Assembly (NCBI RefSeq): GCF_020745735.1
Contig: NC_083429.1
Location: 50,201,877-50,265,876, forward strand
Direction: 5' to 3'
DNA length: 64,000 nt
Source: Hemiscyllium ocellatum
Taxonomy: Eukaryota
In this document: one piece after another, positions 25,501-36,463 of the stretch
Position numbering within the stretch: the first letter of the stretch is position 1
Layout: every line of letters starts with the position of its first letter
Notes under the pieces: generated by a model
Told to the model about the DNA's origin: nothing
Seen by the model: the letters and a program-made list of their open reading frames with translations, nothing else
The model's database searches: none
Made by a program: the position numbers and the translations under genes

Positions 25501-27616
25501 GTGGATAGTAAGCTAGGGAAGAAGATAAACTAGATAGGTGATAATGGGGAACCATGATTGTGTGAAACATGGGTTGGCTGAGCTGAAAGCAACCCATATC
25601 ATGGCGGGAAAGGGGGGTAATGGGTAAAGCACACGGTGGTCAACAGGGAGCTGTGTGGAAACTCTCTCTCTCTTTTCTGCCCTTCAACTTCACCCTGTAA
25701 GCGTGTGTTCCATTTATACTGGCTTTTAAAGGCAGTTTGCTTATTGGGATTGTTGTGTATATTTGGATCAGCATAATTAAGTCTAGTTGGATAGGCTGAC
25801 TTCTGTAGGGGTTCTTTATTCTGTTCTTTGTGTTTCATTGTGTAATTTTGTGAATAAATTTTTTTGTCTGTTTTAAAATCTAGTAGTCAACCTATCTATC
25901 TTACTCTGGGTAATTTTCACTGTACACTTACTGAAACAAATTGCAAAGTTATGGTCTGGGACTGCCTGTTTAAGAATGTTTTGTGTTGTCTGGCCTAGTC
26001 CATAACACCAAGGAGCAGGAGAATCAATGTTTTGGACAAAGCCCTTCATCAGGAATTCCTGATGATGGGCTAATGCTGAAATTTAAATTCTCCTGCTCCT
26101 TGGATGCTGCCTGACCTCCTGTGCTTTTCCAGCAGCACACTCTCGACTCGTACTTACAGATTTGTTTGGAAAGCCAGCAAAACAATACTTTTCACTGTAT
26201 CTAACAGTGACAGAAACCAAATCAAATCAAATCAAAACTTGTGCTGTAATGACAGCACTCTACCCTTCAGAGTATCCTTCAGGTATTTAGAGCATGGAGC
26301 GGGCATGAGCGATAGGTGGAGACAAAGCCCAGATAGAGAGGGGAGAGAAAAGTTAAGCAGACATAGGAATTGTGGATAGTAAGCTAGGGAAGAAGATAAA
26401 CTAGATAGGTGATAATGGGGAACCATGATTGTGTGAAACATGGGTTGGCTGAGCTGAAAGCAACCCATATCATGGCGGGAAAGGGGGGTAATGGGTAAAG
26501 CACACGGTGGGAGGTCGTCAGGCTCTAAACGTATTTAATTGGTGAGTTTTGAGAAGATTTGTAGCTCAGGTTGAGGTTCTGGATACCTACATCCACTTAT
26601 TTAGCTGCATTGCGAAGCGAGTGCTGCTAGGTCCCCACGCTGAAATGAGATGTTGTTTGTCCAGCCTGTGTGATATGGCTGTTGTGAGGAAAGAGCCCAT
26701 CAGTACATGGGTGATGGACAAGAACCAGGAAGTTAAGGCATTGGGAATAATTTCAATTTCTCTACAACCATGATTACACTTCAAAGAAACTTTATAGTCT
26801 ATAATTTTTTGTGAGACCCTTGAGGTAATGAACGGTGACATATAAATTTGCCCGAAACGTCGATTTTCCTGCTCCTCGGATGCTGCCTGGCCTGCTGTGT
26901 TTTTCCAGCACCACATTTTTCAACTCTGGTGACATATAAATGCCAGGTTCTGTCCCTCTAACAAGGATACAGCTGTTGTATTATCACCCTTGCGTGGCTA
27001 CTGCTGAACCTTAATGTCTGTAGCAGGAGAAACGGAGGTTGAGGGTGCTAGGACTGAGAGGTGATGTGAAACATTGCCATTTGATGGAGTATTCGGTTGT
27101 GAAGCAGTTAGCTGTGGGGACTCACAGGGTTTTCTGACTGTAAAGATTTGCAGCTAAGAACCAGCCCCGTATCAACTTTGGACTTGGACACGAAACCTTT
27201 ACACACGAGATAAAAGCAAGGCTTCCCCAGAACGAGCTGCAGTTATTCGCCCCCAAATTTCTTGTGAACAATTGCAGAAGCGCCATAAGTGAAGTCTGCT
27301 GGTGCAGACTGGATGTGAACTTGCAAGCACGCGGGAATGAGGCCCAAGAGGTGTTGCAGAGACCGGGAATCCAGTCTAAAACCCTGCAGGGATGCTGACT
27401 GCTCTGCTGCATGTACAACCCTGTCGCTCCTCACTCCTGAATCATGGCCGAAAGAGGCCCCGAGGCGATAGAAATCCGTCACTTTGGGACTATTAGATGC
27501 GGAGCTCTCAATGGGTTCAAACTCAATGCACTGTTTGTGAGGCAAGTTGCAGTAATCACCTTGATCTCGCTCTCCAGCAATGTCCCATGTCCAGCGACTA
27601 GCAGCACACAGATCAT
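4190..27616 (-). CDS. gkup: Glucuronokinase with N-terminal putative uridylyl pyrophosphorylase (nucleotidyltransferase); coding exons 1-10, 3' part outside window
   Basis: Ten GT-AG exons with matching phases (27616-27560, 17523-17417, 16630-16586, 15349-15196, 15110-15039, 13447-13359, 11203-11047, 7350-7273, 6259-6168, 4295-4190) join to 957 nt without stops. Sequence: MICVLLVAGHGT...GIPKALLPG...YLVTNADKY...VAGDML...FYEKP...SYARIGIMGNPSDGFHGKTIAMTISNFWA, i.e. NTP-transferase motifs followed by glucuronokinase-type GHMP motif 1. Confidence 0.9.
6168..6259 (-). CDS. gkup: gkup coding exon 9 (DLSEYKKWLACYSSKQHGIAAKSITCRSYA)
   Basis: AG/GT boundaries, 92 nt, phases 0/2; linker into the kinase domain. 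Confidence 0.88.
6650..6936. mobile_element. Family A palindromic PLE cassette with degenerate hammerheads and an internal inverted copy of the flank
   Basis: Same consensus as 3614-3823; 6690-6743 is the reverse complement of 6937-6990. Confidence 0.75.
7273..7350 (-). CDS. gkup: gkup coding exon 8 (EWLINKTGITVFGMKLPTGFQLIGQV)
   Basis: ttccag acceptor, gtaaga donor, 78 nt, phases 0/0. Confidence 0.9.
8160..8435 (-). mobile_element. CR1 LINE 3' fragment
   Basis: Minus-strand translation RGERFRRDLRGNFFMQRVVCVWNELPEEVVEA...HLD matches the CR1 ORF2 C-terminus; similar fragments at about 7035-7200, 9455-10020, 12455-12760, 46915-47240 and 58805-59025. Confidence 0.85.
10394..10429 (-). ncRNA. 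Degenerate minimal type I hammerhead motif, family C
   Basis: Minus strand GTT-CTGATGA-A-GAGTC-TCTG-GACCT-GAA-ACAT-T-AAC: stem I GTT/AAC, imperfect stem II, ACGT decayed to ACAT (GAAACGTTAAC is intact in the copy at about 42545-42556 minus). Confidence 0.5.
11047..11203 (-). CDS. gkup: gkup coding exon 7 (ITKFYEKPSS...LGKYM)
   Basis: tttttcag acceptor, gtgagg donor, 157 nt; FxEKP motif of sugar-1-phosphate nucleotidyltransferases. Confidence 0.9.
11410..11745 (-). mobile_element. tRNA-derived V-SINE (HE1-like)
   Basis: Head GGCATGGTGGCTCAGTGGTTAGTACTGCTGCCTCACAG on minus strand, conserved central domain, LINE-like 3' end. Confidence 0.8.
13359..13447 (-). CDS. gkup: gkup coding exon 6 (KGELAIYYEMEEGEKTESRGIVEVCPLTH)
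   Basis: AG/GT boundaries, 89 nt, phases 0/2. Confidence 0.9.
15039..15110 (-). CDS. gkup: gkup coding exon 5 (VAGDMLCEDLNFDIAEVLKFFKFK)
   Basis: ttccag acceptor, gtcagt donor, 72 nt; GD motif. Confidence 0.9.
15196..15349 (-). CDS. gkup: gkup coding exon 4 (YKYYERWATANDFPVENIINDG...DDVMV)
   Basis: AG/GT boundaries, 154 nt, phases 2/0; followed by an 85-nt intron. Confidence 0.92.
15838..16170 (+). mobile_element. V-SINE (HE1-like), diverged
   Basis: TGGCTCAGTGGTCAGCACTGCTGCCTCACAG head, central domain, GGCCTGCTTCCACACTGTAG 3' end. Confidence 0.8.
16586..16630 (-). CDS. gkup: gkup coding exon 3 (RQLFSDVYLVTNAD)
   Basis: tttgcag acceptor, gtgagt donor, 45 nt, phases 2/2. Confidence 0.9.
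17417..17523 (-). CDS. gkup: gkup coding exon 2 (NEATGLYSHLVGIPKALLPGVGGKKILDFWWEVVN)
   Basis: ttcacag acceptor, gtgagt donor, 107 nt; PKxLLP motif. Confidence 0.92.
17792..18415 (+). mobile_element. 5'-truncated Penelope-like element (family B) with inverted terminal segment
   Basis: GIY-YIG C-terminal remnant (RRLEEERLI), C-rich 3' region, hammerhead-bearing terminus; 15-bp TSD TCTGTGAAATAAAAG at 17777-17791 and 18416-18430. Confidence 0.85.
18321..18356 (+). ncRNA. Minimal type I hammerhead ribozyme motif, family B, intact core
   Basis: ATTC-CTGATGA-A-GGGC-TTTA-GCCC-GAA-ACGT-C-GAAT: stem I ATTC/GAAT, stem II GGGC/GCCC, palindromic stem III ACGT, GUC cleavage triplet. Confidence 0.8.
18895..19305 (+). 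mobile_element. Penelope-like 3' fragment (family D) with inverted 5' segment, nested in a family C repeat
   Basis: Homologous to 46170-46740; degenerate hammerheads at about 18935-18968 (-) and 19193-19230 (+); 13-bp TSD AACTCAGCAGGTC at 18882-18894 and 19306-19318. Confidence 0.75.
20728..20762 (-). ncRNA. Minimal type I hammerhead ribozyme motif, family A, intact core
   Basis: Minus strand CAC-CTGATGA-A-GGAGC-AGC-GCTCC-GAA-AGCT-A-GTG: stem I CAC/GTG, stem II GGAGC/GCTCC, palindromic stem III AGCT, CUA cleavage triplet. Confidence 0.8.
21637..22477 (+). mobile_element. Tx1/L1-clade LINE 3' fragment
   Basis: Translation includes ALPVRSFMHARTLSRTARCP*SGCGGEETVTHLLLEC (C-terminal CCHC knuckle); AATAAA and short poly(A); 17-bp TSD GTGTGCTTCCAATTAAA at 21620-21636 and 22478-22494. 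Confidence 0.88.
22976..23201. mobile_element. Solo LTR, 226 bp
   Basis: TG...CA termini with a perfect 5-bp TSD CTTAC at 22971-22975 and 23202-23206. Confidence 0.7.
24492..25136 (+). mobile_element. Solo LTR, 645 bp, inserted in a family B repeat
   Basis: TGTCA...TAACA termini, internal AATAAA (about 24983), 4-bp TSD CCGA/CCAA; the host repeat GCAGCATCC|AAGGAGCAGG is rejoined when it is removed. Confidence 0.75.
24767..26510. repeat. 871-bp direct tandem duplication, apparently identical
   Basis: 24767-25639 equals 25638-26510; ORF track shows identical peptides offset by 871 (25233/26104, 25361/26232); 2-bp GG junction microhomology. Confidence 0.95.
27560..27616 (-). CDS. gkup: gkup coding exon 1 (MICVLLVAGHGTLLESEIK)
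   Basis: ATG at 27616, AG|GTGATT donor; glycine-rich nucleotidyltransferase loop; locally CpG-enriched. Confidence 0.9.
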
Positions 27617-28779
27617 CAGGGCGACCCCACTAACCGGCTGGGCTGTCAGCACTGACTGGGACAAACTTGCATCAGCTCCCCCCAAGTTGATTTGTCAAAG
27701 AGATTAGTCGAGTGTCTCACAGCGTCTCTACTCAATGCACAGCGTCCTTACATCACAGGTTACAGGCGGAGTTACACCGATGGGATATCTCTTCCCCCGT
27801 GTGTTCAGTGTCTTTGCCCGTGCAATACATTCCGTGTACTGTAACTGAATGTAAAACCACACGCCGGATAATAGCTTCCTGTTACCTGTTTGTTGCTGCA
27901 CCTGTCTCCAACAATGGAAATTGTCAGGGCTAGACTCAACGGTGACAAAAACAACCTGCAAAAATATTAAAAACAGGACGTGCTGGAGAAACTCAGCAAG
28001 TTTTGTGGAGAGAGAAAGAGAGCTGTGCCTGAAGAGTTAAAAAATATCACACCATATCAGGTTATAGTCCAACCTGCAAGTAGAATGTTTCGGAGCGGTG
28101 TTGGGGTGGGGAAGGATCATAGTACACAGAATTTATAAGAAATAAAATCAACGTGTCATACAACTGATGCGATGTATTAGACAAACCCAGATGGTTGTTA
28201 AATCTTTAATTACTTAGAATGGGGTGTTGCAGGTTTTGTTTAATATGTAAATCCCAGAATTTACTGCCCCGAGATAACTTAAGGTTTCATCAGTGTATTA
28301 AAAAAGTGACATCTCAGCTCAGACAATGCATAAATGATGTGAGTTTAGACTCTGTCTATATCTCAACTTTGAGTCAGACTGGGTCTATTTTCAAAGTAGG
28401 AATTTATAAAATGTCACATGGACTGACTGCCTACAGACTGTGTGCCTTGTGAACAAAATGGAATGTATCTGCAAATACAAGTCTGCAATTTCAACATAGA
28501 CTGATATGTGTGTGTGTGTGGGAGAGAGAGGGAGAGAGTGTGTTTGTGTGTGTGTTTGGGAGAGAGAAAGTGTGAGAGTATGTGTGCATGTGTCCGTGCT
28601 TGATAGTGTACACAAGTGTGACAGAGTATGAGAAGGTGTGTATGTGAGTGAGGATGTGTGTCTGAGAGACAGCATGTGTATGAGAGAGGGTCTGTGCGAG
28701 TGTGATTGTGTGTAAGAATCTGTGAGTACATGTGCGAGAGTGTATAATGTAGTGGGGTCGCCAGTATTGTGACATGAAC

Positions 28780-31700
28780 AATAGACAATAGGTGCAGGAG
28801 TAGGCCATTCTGCCCTTCGAGCCTGCACCACCATTCAATATGATCATGGCTGATCATCCTTAATCAGTATCCTGTTCCTGCCTTATCTCCATAACCCTTG
28901 ATTCCACTATCCTTGAGAGCTCTATCCAACTCTTTCTTAAATGAATCCAGAGACTGTGCCTCCACTGCCCTCTGGGGCAGAGCATTCCACACAACCACCA
29001 CTCTCTGGGTGAAGAAGTTTCTCCTCATCTCTGTCCTAAATGGTATACCCCGTATTTTTAAGCTGTGTCCTCTGGTTCGGCACTCACCCATCCGTGGAAA
29101 CATGTTTCCTGCCTCCAGAGTGTCCAATCCTTTAATAATCTTATATGTCTCAATCATATCCCCTCTCAGTCTTCTAAACTCAAGGATATACAAGCCCAGT
29201 CGCTCCAGTCTTTCAGTGTAAGGTAGTCCCGCCATTCCAGGAATTGACCTTGTGAACCTACGCTGCACTCCCTCAATAGCCAGAATGTCTTTCCTCAAAT
29301 TTGGAGACCAGAACTGCACAGAGTACTCCAGGTGTGGTCTCACCAGGGCCCTGTACAGCTGCAGAAGAACCCCTTTGCTTCTATACTCAATCTCTCTTGT
29401 TATGAGGGCCAGCATGCTATTAGCCTTCTTCACTACCTACTGTACCTGCATGCTTACCTTCATTGACTGGTGTACAAGAACACACTCTCTGTACTTAAAT
29501 TGATTCCATTTAGGTAGTAATCTGCCTTCCTGTTCTTGCCACAATTGTGGATAACCATACATTTATCCACATAAACTGCATCTGCCATGCATCTGACCAC
29601 TCACCTAACCTGTCCAGGTCACCCTGTGATCTCCTAACATCCTCCTCACATTTCACCCTACCACCCAGCTTTGTATCATCAGCAAATTTGCTAATGTTAT
29701 TGCTAATACCATCTTCTATATCATTAACATATATTGTAGAAAGCTGTGGTCCCAGTACTGATCCCTGGGGTACCCCACCGGTCACTGCCTGCCATTCCGA
29801 AATGGAGCCGTTTATCACTACTCTTTGTTTCCTATCAGCCAACCAACTTTCAATCCAAATTAGTACTTTGCCCCCAATACCATGCACCCTAATGTTGCTC
29901 ACTAACCTCCTATGTATGACTTTATCAAAAGCTTTTTGAAAGTCCAGGTACACTACATCTGCTGGATCTCCCTCGTCCATCTTCAGGGTTACATCCTCAA
30001 AAAATTCCAGAAGATTAGTCAAGCATGATTTCCCCTTCATAAATCCATGCTGACTCTGACTTATCCTGTTACTACTATCCAGATGTGTCATAATTTCATC
30101 CTTTATAATAGACTCCAGCATCTTTCCCACCACTGAGGTCAGACTAACTGGTCTATAATTTCCTGTTTTCTCTCTCCCACCTTTCTTAAAAAGTGGTACA
30201 ACATTAGCCACCCTCCAATCCACAGGAACTGATCCTGAATCTATCAAACTCTGGAAAATAATCACAAACGTATCCATGATTTCTCGAGCCACCTTCCCTT
30301 GGATATAGACCATCAGGCCCCGGGGACTTATCAACCTTCAGACCTAACAGTCTCTCCAACACCAATTCCTGGCAAATATAAATTCCCTTAAGTTCAGGTC
30401 CTTCAGCTACTGTTACCTCAGGGAGATTGCTTGTGTCTTCCCCAGTGAACATAGATTTGAAGTACCAATTCAATTCTTCTGCCATTTCTTTGTTCCCCGT
30501 AATATATTCCCCTGTTTCTGTCTTCAAGGGCCCAATTTTAGTATTAACCATTTTTTTTGCCTTTCACACACCTAAAAAAACTTTTTACTATCCTCCTTTA
30601 TATTTTTGGCCAGTTTACCTTCGTACCTCATTTTTCTCTGCGTATTTCCTTCTTAGTAATCCTCTTTAAAAGCTTCCCAGTCCTCCATTTTCCCACTTAT
30701 CTTTGCTATGTTTTACTTTATCTCTTTTAACTTTATGTATCTTGACTTCCCTCATCAGCCACGGTCACCCATGCCTCCTCCTAGGATCTTTCTTCCCTTT
30801 TGGAATGAACTGATCCTGCATCTTCTGCATTATACACAGAAATATCTGCCATTGTTCCTCCACTGTCATCCCTGCTAAGGTATTGCACCATTGAACTTTG
30901 GCCAGCTCCTCCCTCATAGCTCCATAGTTCCCTTTATTCAACAGAAATATTGTCACTTCCGATTGTACCCTCTCCCTCTCAAATTGCAGATTGAAGCTGA
31001 TTGTATTATGGTCACTACTTCCCAATGGCTCCTTCACTTCGAGGTCCCTGATCAATTCTGGTTCGTTGCACAATACCAGATCCAGAATTGCCTTCTCCCT
31101 GGTCGGCTCCAGCACTAGCTGTTCTAAGAATCCATCTCCACAAAGTCTCTTTCTTGAGGTCGAATATCATCCTGATTCTCCCAGTCTACCTGCATGTTGA
31201 AATCCCCCATAATAACTGTAGTAACATCTTTGCGACAGGCCAATTTCAGCTCCTGATTCAACTTACATCCGACATCCAGACTACTGTTTGGGGGCGTGTA
31301 GATAACTCCCAAGAGGGTCTTTTTACCCTTAGTATTTCTCAGCTCTATCTACACTGACTTTACATCCCCTGATTCTAGGTCCCCCCGAGCAAGGGACTGA
31401 ATATCATCCCTTACCAACATGGCCACCCCACCCCCTCTGCCCGTCAGTCTGTCCTTACGATAGCACGTGTAGCCTTGAATATTTATTTCCCAGGCCCTGT
31501 CCACTTGAAGCCACGTCTCAGTTATCCCCACAATATCATATCTGCCAATTTCCAAAAGAGCCACAAGCTCATCCATCTTATTTCTAATGCTTCGTGCATT
31601 CATGTATAGTATTTTTAATTTGTTACTGCCCTCACCCTTCCCATCAACTCCTATTTCACTCAACCTTACAGCATGATCCTTTTCTGAGTTTTCTGCCTCA

Positions 31701-32213
31701 TTGATACAGTTGTCTTTCTTGACTTCCCTTGTTCTAACTTTCCCTTCAATTTCCTTCTTAAACATCCAGTTTGTTCCCCCCCCCCCCCCACTACTTAATT
31801 TAAACATAGCTGTGTTGCAGTAGCAAACCTGCCTGCCAGAATGCTGGTCCCTAACCTATTAAGGTGCAAACCATCTCTCTTGTAGAATTTATGCTTACCA
31901 CAAAACATACCCCAGTGATCCAAGAATTTAAATCCTTGCTTCCTGCACCAGTTTCCCCAGCCACACGTTCAAGTCATTATCTCCCTGTTTCTGGCCTCAA
32001 CAGCCTGAGGAACTGGAAGCAAACTGGAGATAACCAGCTTGGACGTCCTGCTTTTCAGTCTTCTTCCTAGTTCTCCGAAGTTCCGCTGTAGTATGTTCCT
32101 CCTCTTCTTCGACATCATTTGTGCCAACATGTACCACCACCTCTGGCTCTTCACCTTCATCCTTGAGGATTTCCTGCACTCTGTCTGTGATGTCTTTAAC
32201 CCTGGCACCAGGA
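28780..32213 (-). mobile_element. CR1-clade LINE (esterase ORF1 part + frameshifted ORF2)
   Basis: ORF1 PGARVKDI...VVVHVGTND (SGNH esterase blocks); APE YMNARSI, GITETW, IMGDFN, SDH; RT YRPVSLTS, GVPQGSVLGP, FADDTK; (CTATTGT)n tail at about 28780-28792. Confidence 0.95.
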
Positions 32214-32252
32214 ACCAAGATCGCAATTGAGGTCGTCCTCACAGGTACCAAA

Positions 32253-32620
32253 CTTGGCTATCCATCAACATCAACTTCACCAGTTTCCAAATGTCCCCTC
32301 CCCCCACCTCATCCCAGATCCAACCCTCCAACTCAGCACCGCTCTCCTGACCCGTCCTACCTGTCCAATGTCCTATCCACTGTCCTATTGTTACTATCAC
32401 CCCCCTCCCCCCCACCCTGTATCCACCTTTCACCTTCCCAGGAACCTTCCCCACAGCCCCACCCCTCTATTTATCCCTCAGCCCCCTTCCCACTCCACGT
32501 TCCCAATGAAGGGCTTATGCCCAAAACATCGACTCTCCTGCTCCTCAGATGCTACCTGACCTGTGCTTGTCCAGTGCCACATTTTTCAACTCTCCAGCAT
32601 CTGCAGTCCTCACTTTCTCC
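32253..32620 (+). mobile_element. Family B PLE 3' end (C-rich region + degenerate hammerhead)
   Basis: Homologous to 18090-18415 and 57990-58340. Confidence 0.75.
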
Positions 32621-34554
32621 TATCAACCTCTGCTTGGTAACTCTACCTTGTTGTGTATCCTGAAGTCCACCCTGGAGGATGGTCACCCGAAGATCCGAGG
32701 TTCAGCCTGACCACTGAGGTGCTAGCTGACCGGGAGGAAACACCCCTGTCTGGTGATTGTTGCGCAGTGTCCATTCATCCGTTGTCATAGCGTCTGCTTG
32801 ACCTTGCCAATGTACCAGGCCTCAGGACATCCTCGCCTGCAGTGAATGAGATAGGCGACATTGGCCAAGTCACATGAGTACCTGCTGAGTACATGGTGGG
32901 TGGTCTCCCCACGTGTAATGGTGATATCCATGCCAACACATGGGCTAACTCTTGTTGTATGGTGTTGTGGTTGATGTTGCTGGGCAGTTTGCTGGGAACA
33001 ATAGTCTGTTTAAGGTTTGGTGGCTGTTTAAAGGTGAAAAATGGAGGTGTGGGGAAGATCATGGGGAGGTGCTCATCCTCACACCTTTAATGCATTGTCT
33101 GAGCTGAGATGTCACTTTTTTTATAAAACCTTAAGTTATCTCCGGACTGTGACTTGAAAGAATTCTGGGATTTACATATTAATCAAACAAAACCTGAAAC
33201 CCACTCTAAGTGATGAAAGACTTATCAGCAATCTAGGTTTGTTCAATACATCGCATTAATTGTATAACACTTTGATCTTTTACTATAAATTCTGTGTCCT
33301 ATGATCCTATTCCACTAGCTACCTGATCAACACTCTGAAAGCTTGTACTTCCAAATAAATCTGTTGAACTATAACTTAGTGTTGTGTGATTTTTAACTTT
33401 GTCCACAGATGATGCCAGATCTGCTGAATATTGTGCTGTGTTTTTCCAGCTATTTCTCTTTTTGACTGTTCCAGATCTCCAGCAACTACAGTTTATTTTT
33501 AAATTTTACTAGAGAAATATTACTTTAATTTCACTTCACCAAAAGGAATGAAAATCTTAGAATTACCCTGGTTAAACTCAGGGGTTGTTCATTTAAGATC
33601 AGGGAAGGTTTGATGGAGATGTTCAAATTCGTTCATGCTTTGATGGGGAGAAAATAAAACTGAGAAAAATGTAAAACCACAGTAGACAGATTCAAAATGA
33701 TACATGAAAGAATCAGGCGTGCAAAGGAAGCTTTACTTTTACATGTTGAGTTGTTCGGACCTAGGACACAGTGTCCAAAACAAACACAGAGGTAGATTCA
33801 ATGGTAACATTGTGAAAAGGGGATTGGTTAAGTACCTGAAAGGTAAAATGTGAATGAGTAGTGAATTGAGATTAACAGAAGGGCTCTACCAAAGAGCTGA
33901 CACAGTCATGGTGGACTGAATGGCCTGGTGGATTAAATCAGTCTGTGATTCGGCACAAACCCATGGCAAAGGTTTACATTCCAAACATTTGGGTGTATTC
34001 AATTTATTTGTTACTGCTTTACACTGTTGCCTGACCAAGAGAGCAGCATCCAATTCACAGTTCTCAATAAGTCATATTTGACTTGAATCATTAACTCTGT
34101 TTCTCTCTGCACAGATGCTGCCAGGCCTGCTGAGTTTCTCCAGCACTCTCTGGTTTAAAGTCAGCATCCAACTCACCTTCTTAAAGTTCCATATCAAACA
34201 AGGAGATAGGTAGAAGTTTTATATTCATTTGGAAGTTCATGGAAGACCTCAATGATTTATGTCCCTCACTCTAAGCACTAAGCACAGACCCCAGTGCTTC
34301 TCTTGACCTGAAAATTTACTTCTTAGCCCAAGCACAGCTGTAAATCCTGCAACCTCAGCACTGTGGGCCCTTGGAGCTCTGGGTCTTAGTTGTTGAGCTT
34401 AAACCCATCTCCTGCATCTCCCAGACCACTTACACTTCACCAGCCAAAAATGCATAGAGAAAACTTTGAATAGATTCCTGGTTCTTTCTCCTTTTAAGAA
34501 AATTGTAACTTTGAATCGCTTGAGCAAGCGTTGTCTTTCAGACAAGATGTTTTC

Positions 34555-34885
34555 ATAGACTCCCTACAGGGTGGAAACAAGCCATTAAGCCCATAAGTCC
34601 ACACCAACTCTTTGAAGAGTATCCCACGCAGACCCATTTCCCCTACCCTAGTACTTTTAGATTTCCTCCAACTAATGCACCTAACCTGCACATCCCTAAA
34701 CACTACGGGCAATTTAGCGTGGCCACTTCAGCTAACCTGCGTATCTTTGGACTATGGGAGGAAACCAGAGCACCCAGAGAAAACCCATACAGACACGGTG
34801 AGAATGCGAAAACTCGACACAGACAGTCCACCAAGACTGGAATTGAACCCGGGCCTCTGCTAACCATTGAGCCACCATGCTGCAC
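34555..34885 (-). mobile_element. V-SINE (HE1-like)
   Basis: Same central domain and 3' end as 45003-45307. Confidence 0.8.
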
Positions 34886-36463
34886 AAGGCCCATTGTCCT
34901 CTTTGGTGGATATAAATGATTCCATGGTATTAATTTTGAAGAAGAGAAGGGAAATCCTTTCCATGTCCTGGAACAATATTCATCCTCAATCGACATTACT
35001 TAAACTTATTTGATCATTAACACATTGCCATTTGTGGGATCTTGCTATGTGTAGTTGTATTGGTGTGTTTCATGCATTAAAACAAAGATTAAACTTCAAA
35101 AGAACTTAATTGCTGTAAATCTCATTGAGATGTCCTGAGGTATGAAAGTTTCTTTATAAGCTTACTTTTCTTTAAATATTTAAAGGATTCAAGATTAAAT
35201 GCACCTTACCAGGATTTGATGTAGAAATTGTTGTTTGAAAGCGTGAAGTCACACAACACCAGGTTATAGTCCAACAGGTTTATTTGAGATTACCAATTAA
35301 TGATGTCAGAATGAAATTGAGAAACACCTCTTCACACAGTGGTAAGTGGAAATCTGGGATGTACTCTGTCCAACCAGAATGTAAAAACTGGAGAAAAGGT
35401 TTCATTAGCTCAGTTGGCTAAATGGCCAACTTGTGGTGCAGAGTGGGTTCAATTCATACACCAGGTGAGGTTACTGTGAAGGACTATCCTTCTCACCCTT
35501 TACCTGAGATATGGTGACCCTCAGGTTAAACCACCACCAGTCATCCTTCTGTAATGAGAGGACACCTCTAATGTCTGATAAGCCTGTGGTGACTATACAT
35601 TTTGATGTTGTAGGTCAACTGAAATGTTCAAGACCAAGACTGACTAATTTTTATTCACCAAGAGTGTCAAAAGAAATGGAATCAAAATGACTGAATGGAA
35701 TTTAGGTACAAATAAGCCACAAACCACATAAATGGTGGAACAGATGTGAGGGACTAAATGTATGTTATGCAAATGCTGAAGTACCAACTGAGATTGATCA
35801 AGTCCCTAGAGTGTCGCTTGAACCCACAAGCTTCAGACTTCACCATCATTAGGTTGTGTTAATGAGCATACTCAAATTATATCAGAAACCAGAAGAAGAG
35901 GTAATGATCATGTCACTTCCCTAATTTGTCCCACTATTATTGATGTTGACCTACATTGGTTCCTGGCTAAGCAACACCTTGAATAAATTCAAATAATCAC
36001 CTTTATTTTTAAATGCTATGGCCCCACCCCTCTTTATTTCCTATCTCCTCCAACCTCAGATCCTCTAAGTTAAGCACTCTCCTTTAATTCTGGTCTCTTG
36101 AGCATCCCCAATTTTCTTCCCCTCTCGACAATCATGTTCAACTGCCTGGGCAACACATGTCTTTTAAATTCCTTAAGTGATAAAATCAAGATGAAATGTT
36201 GGAATACCACATTCCATTTTGACAAAACTGCCAAACAATTGCCAGAGTTGAGATATTGGAGACTCAGTCAGGGGACAAACCTTAAATGTCCTGAACAAGA
36301 GTCGGCCAAAGTGGTCAGTTTATGACACAAACAGAGTAATTGGCACCTTGATAGAGTAGTGTTATGGGCATCTTGGGTAACTCAGTACAAATGACGATGC
36401 CTGGAATTAAACTGCATTAAAAGGAACATATAAAGTTAAAAATCACACAACACCAGGTTATAG

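Larger units (their letters stand above)
28040..33405 (-). mobile_element. Penelope-like element (family A), 5'-truncated with an inverted terminal copy, split by two later insertions
   Basis: GIY-YIG remnant NVAYLIHCRRGCPEAWYIG...ILQGGLQDTQQ...RLI (about 33080-32622) continues AKFGTCEDDLNCDLG (about 32250-32214) and FMSQY (28778->). 3' region with (TG)n at 28040-28770; inverted copy at 33085-33405. Confidence 0.8.

Noticed and set aside
4190-27616. Recent horizontal transfer or contamination as the origin of the plant-like glucuronokinase
   Set aside because: Nine canonical introns filled with host repeats, and a known teleost counterpart, point to vertical inheritance.
28391-28857. Three overlapping His/Thr-rich ORFs
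   Set aside because: Translations of degenerate (TG)n/(GA)n microsatellite in a PLE 3' region.
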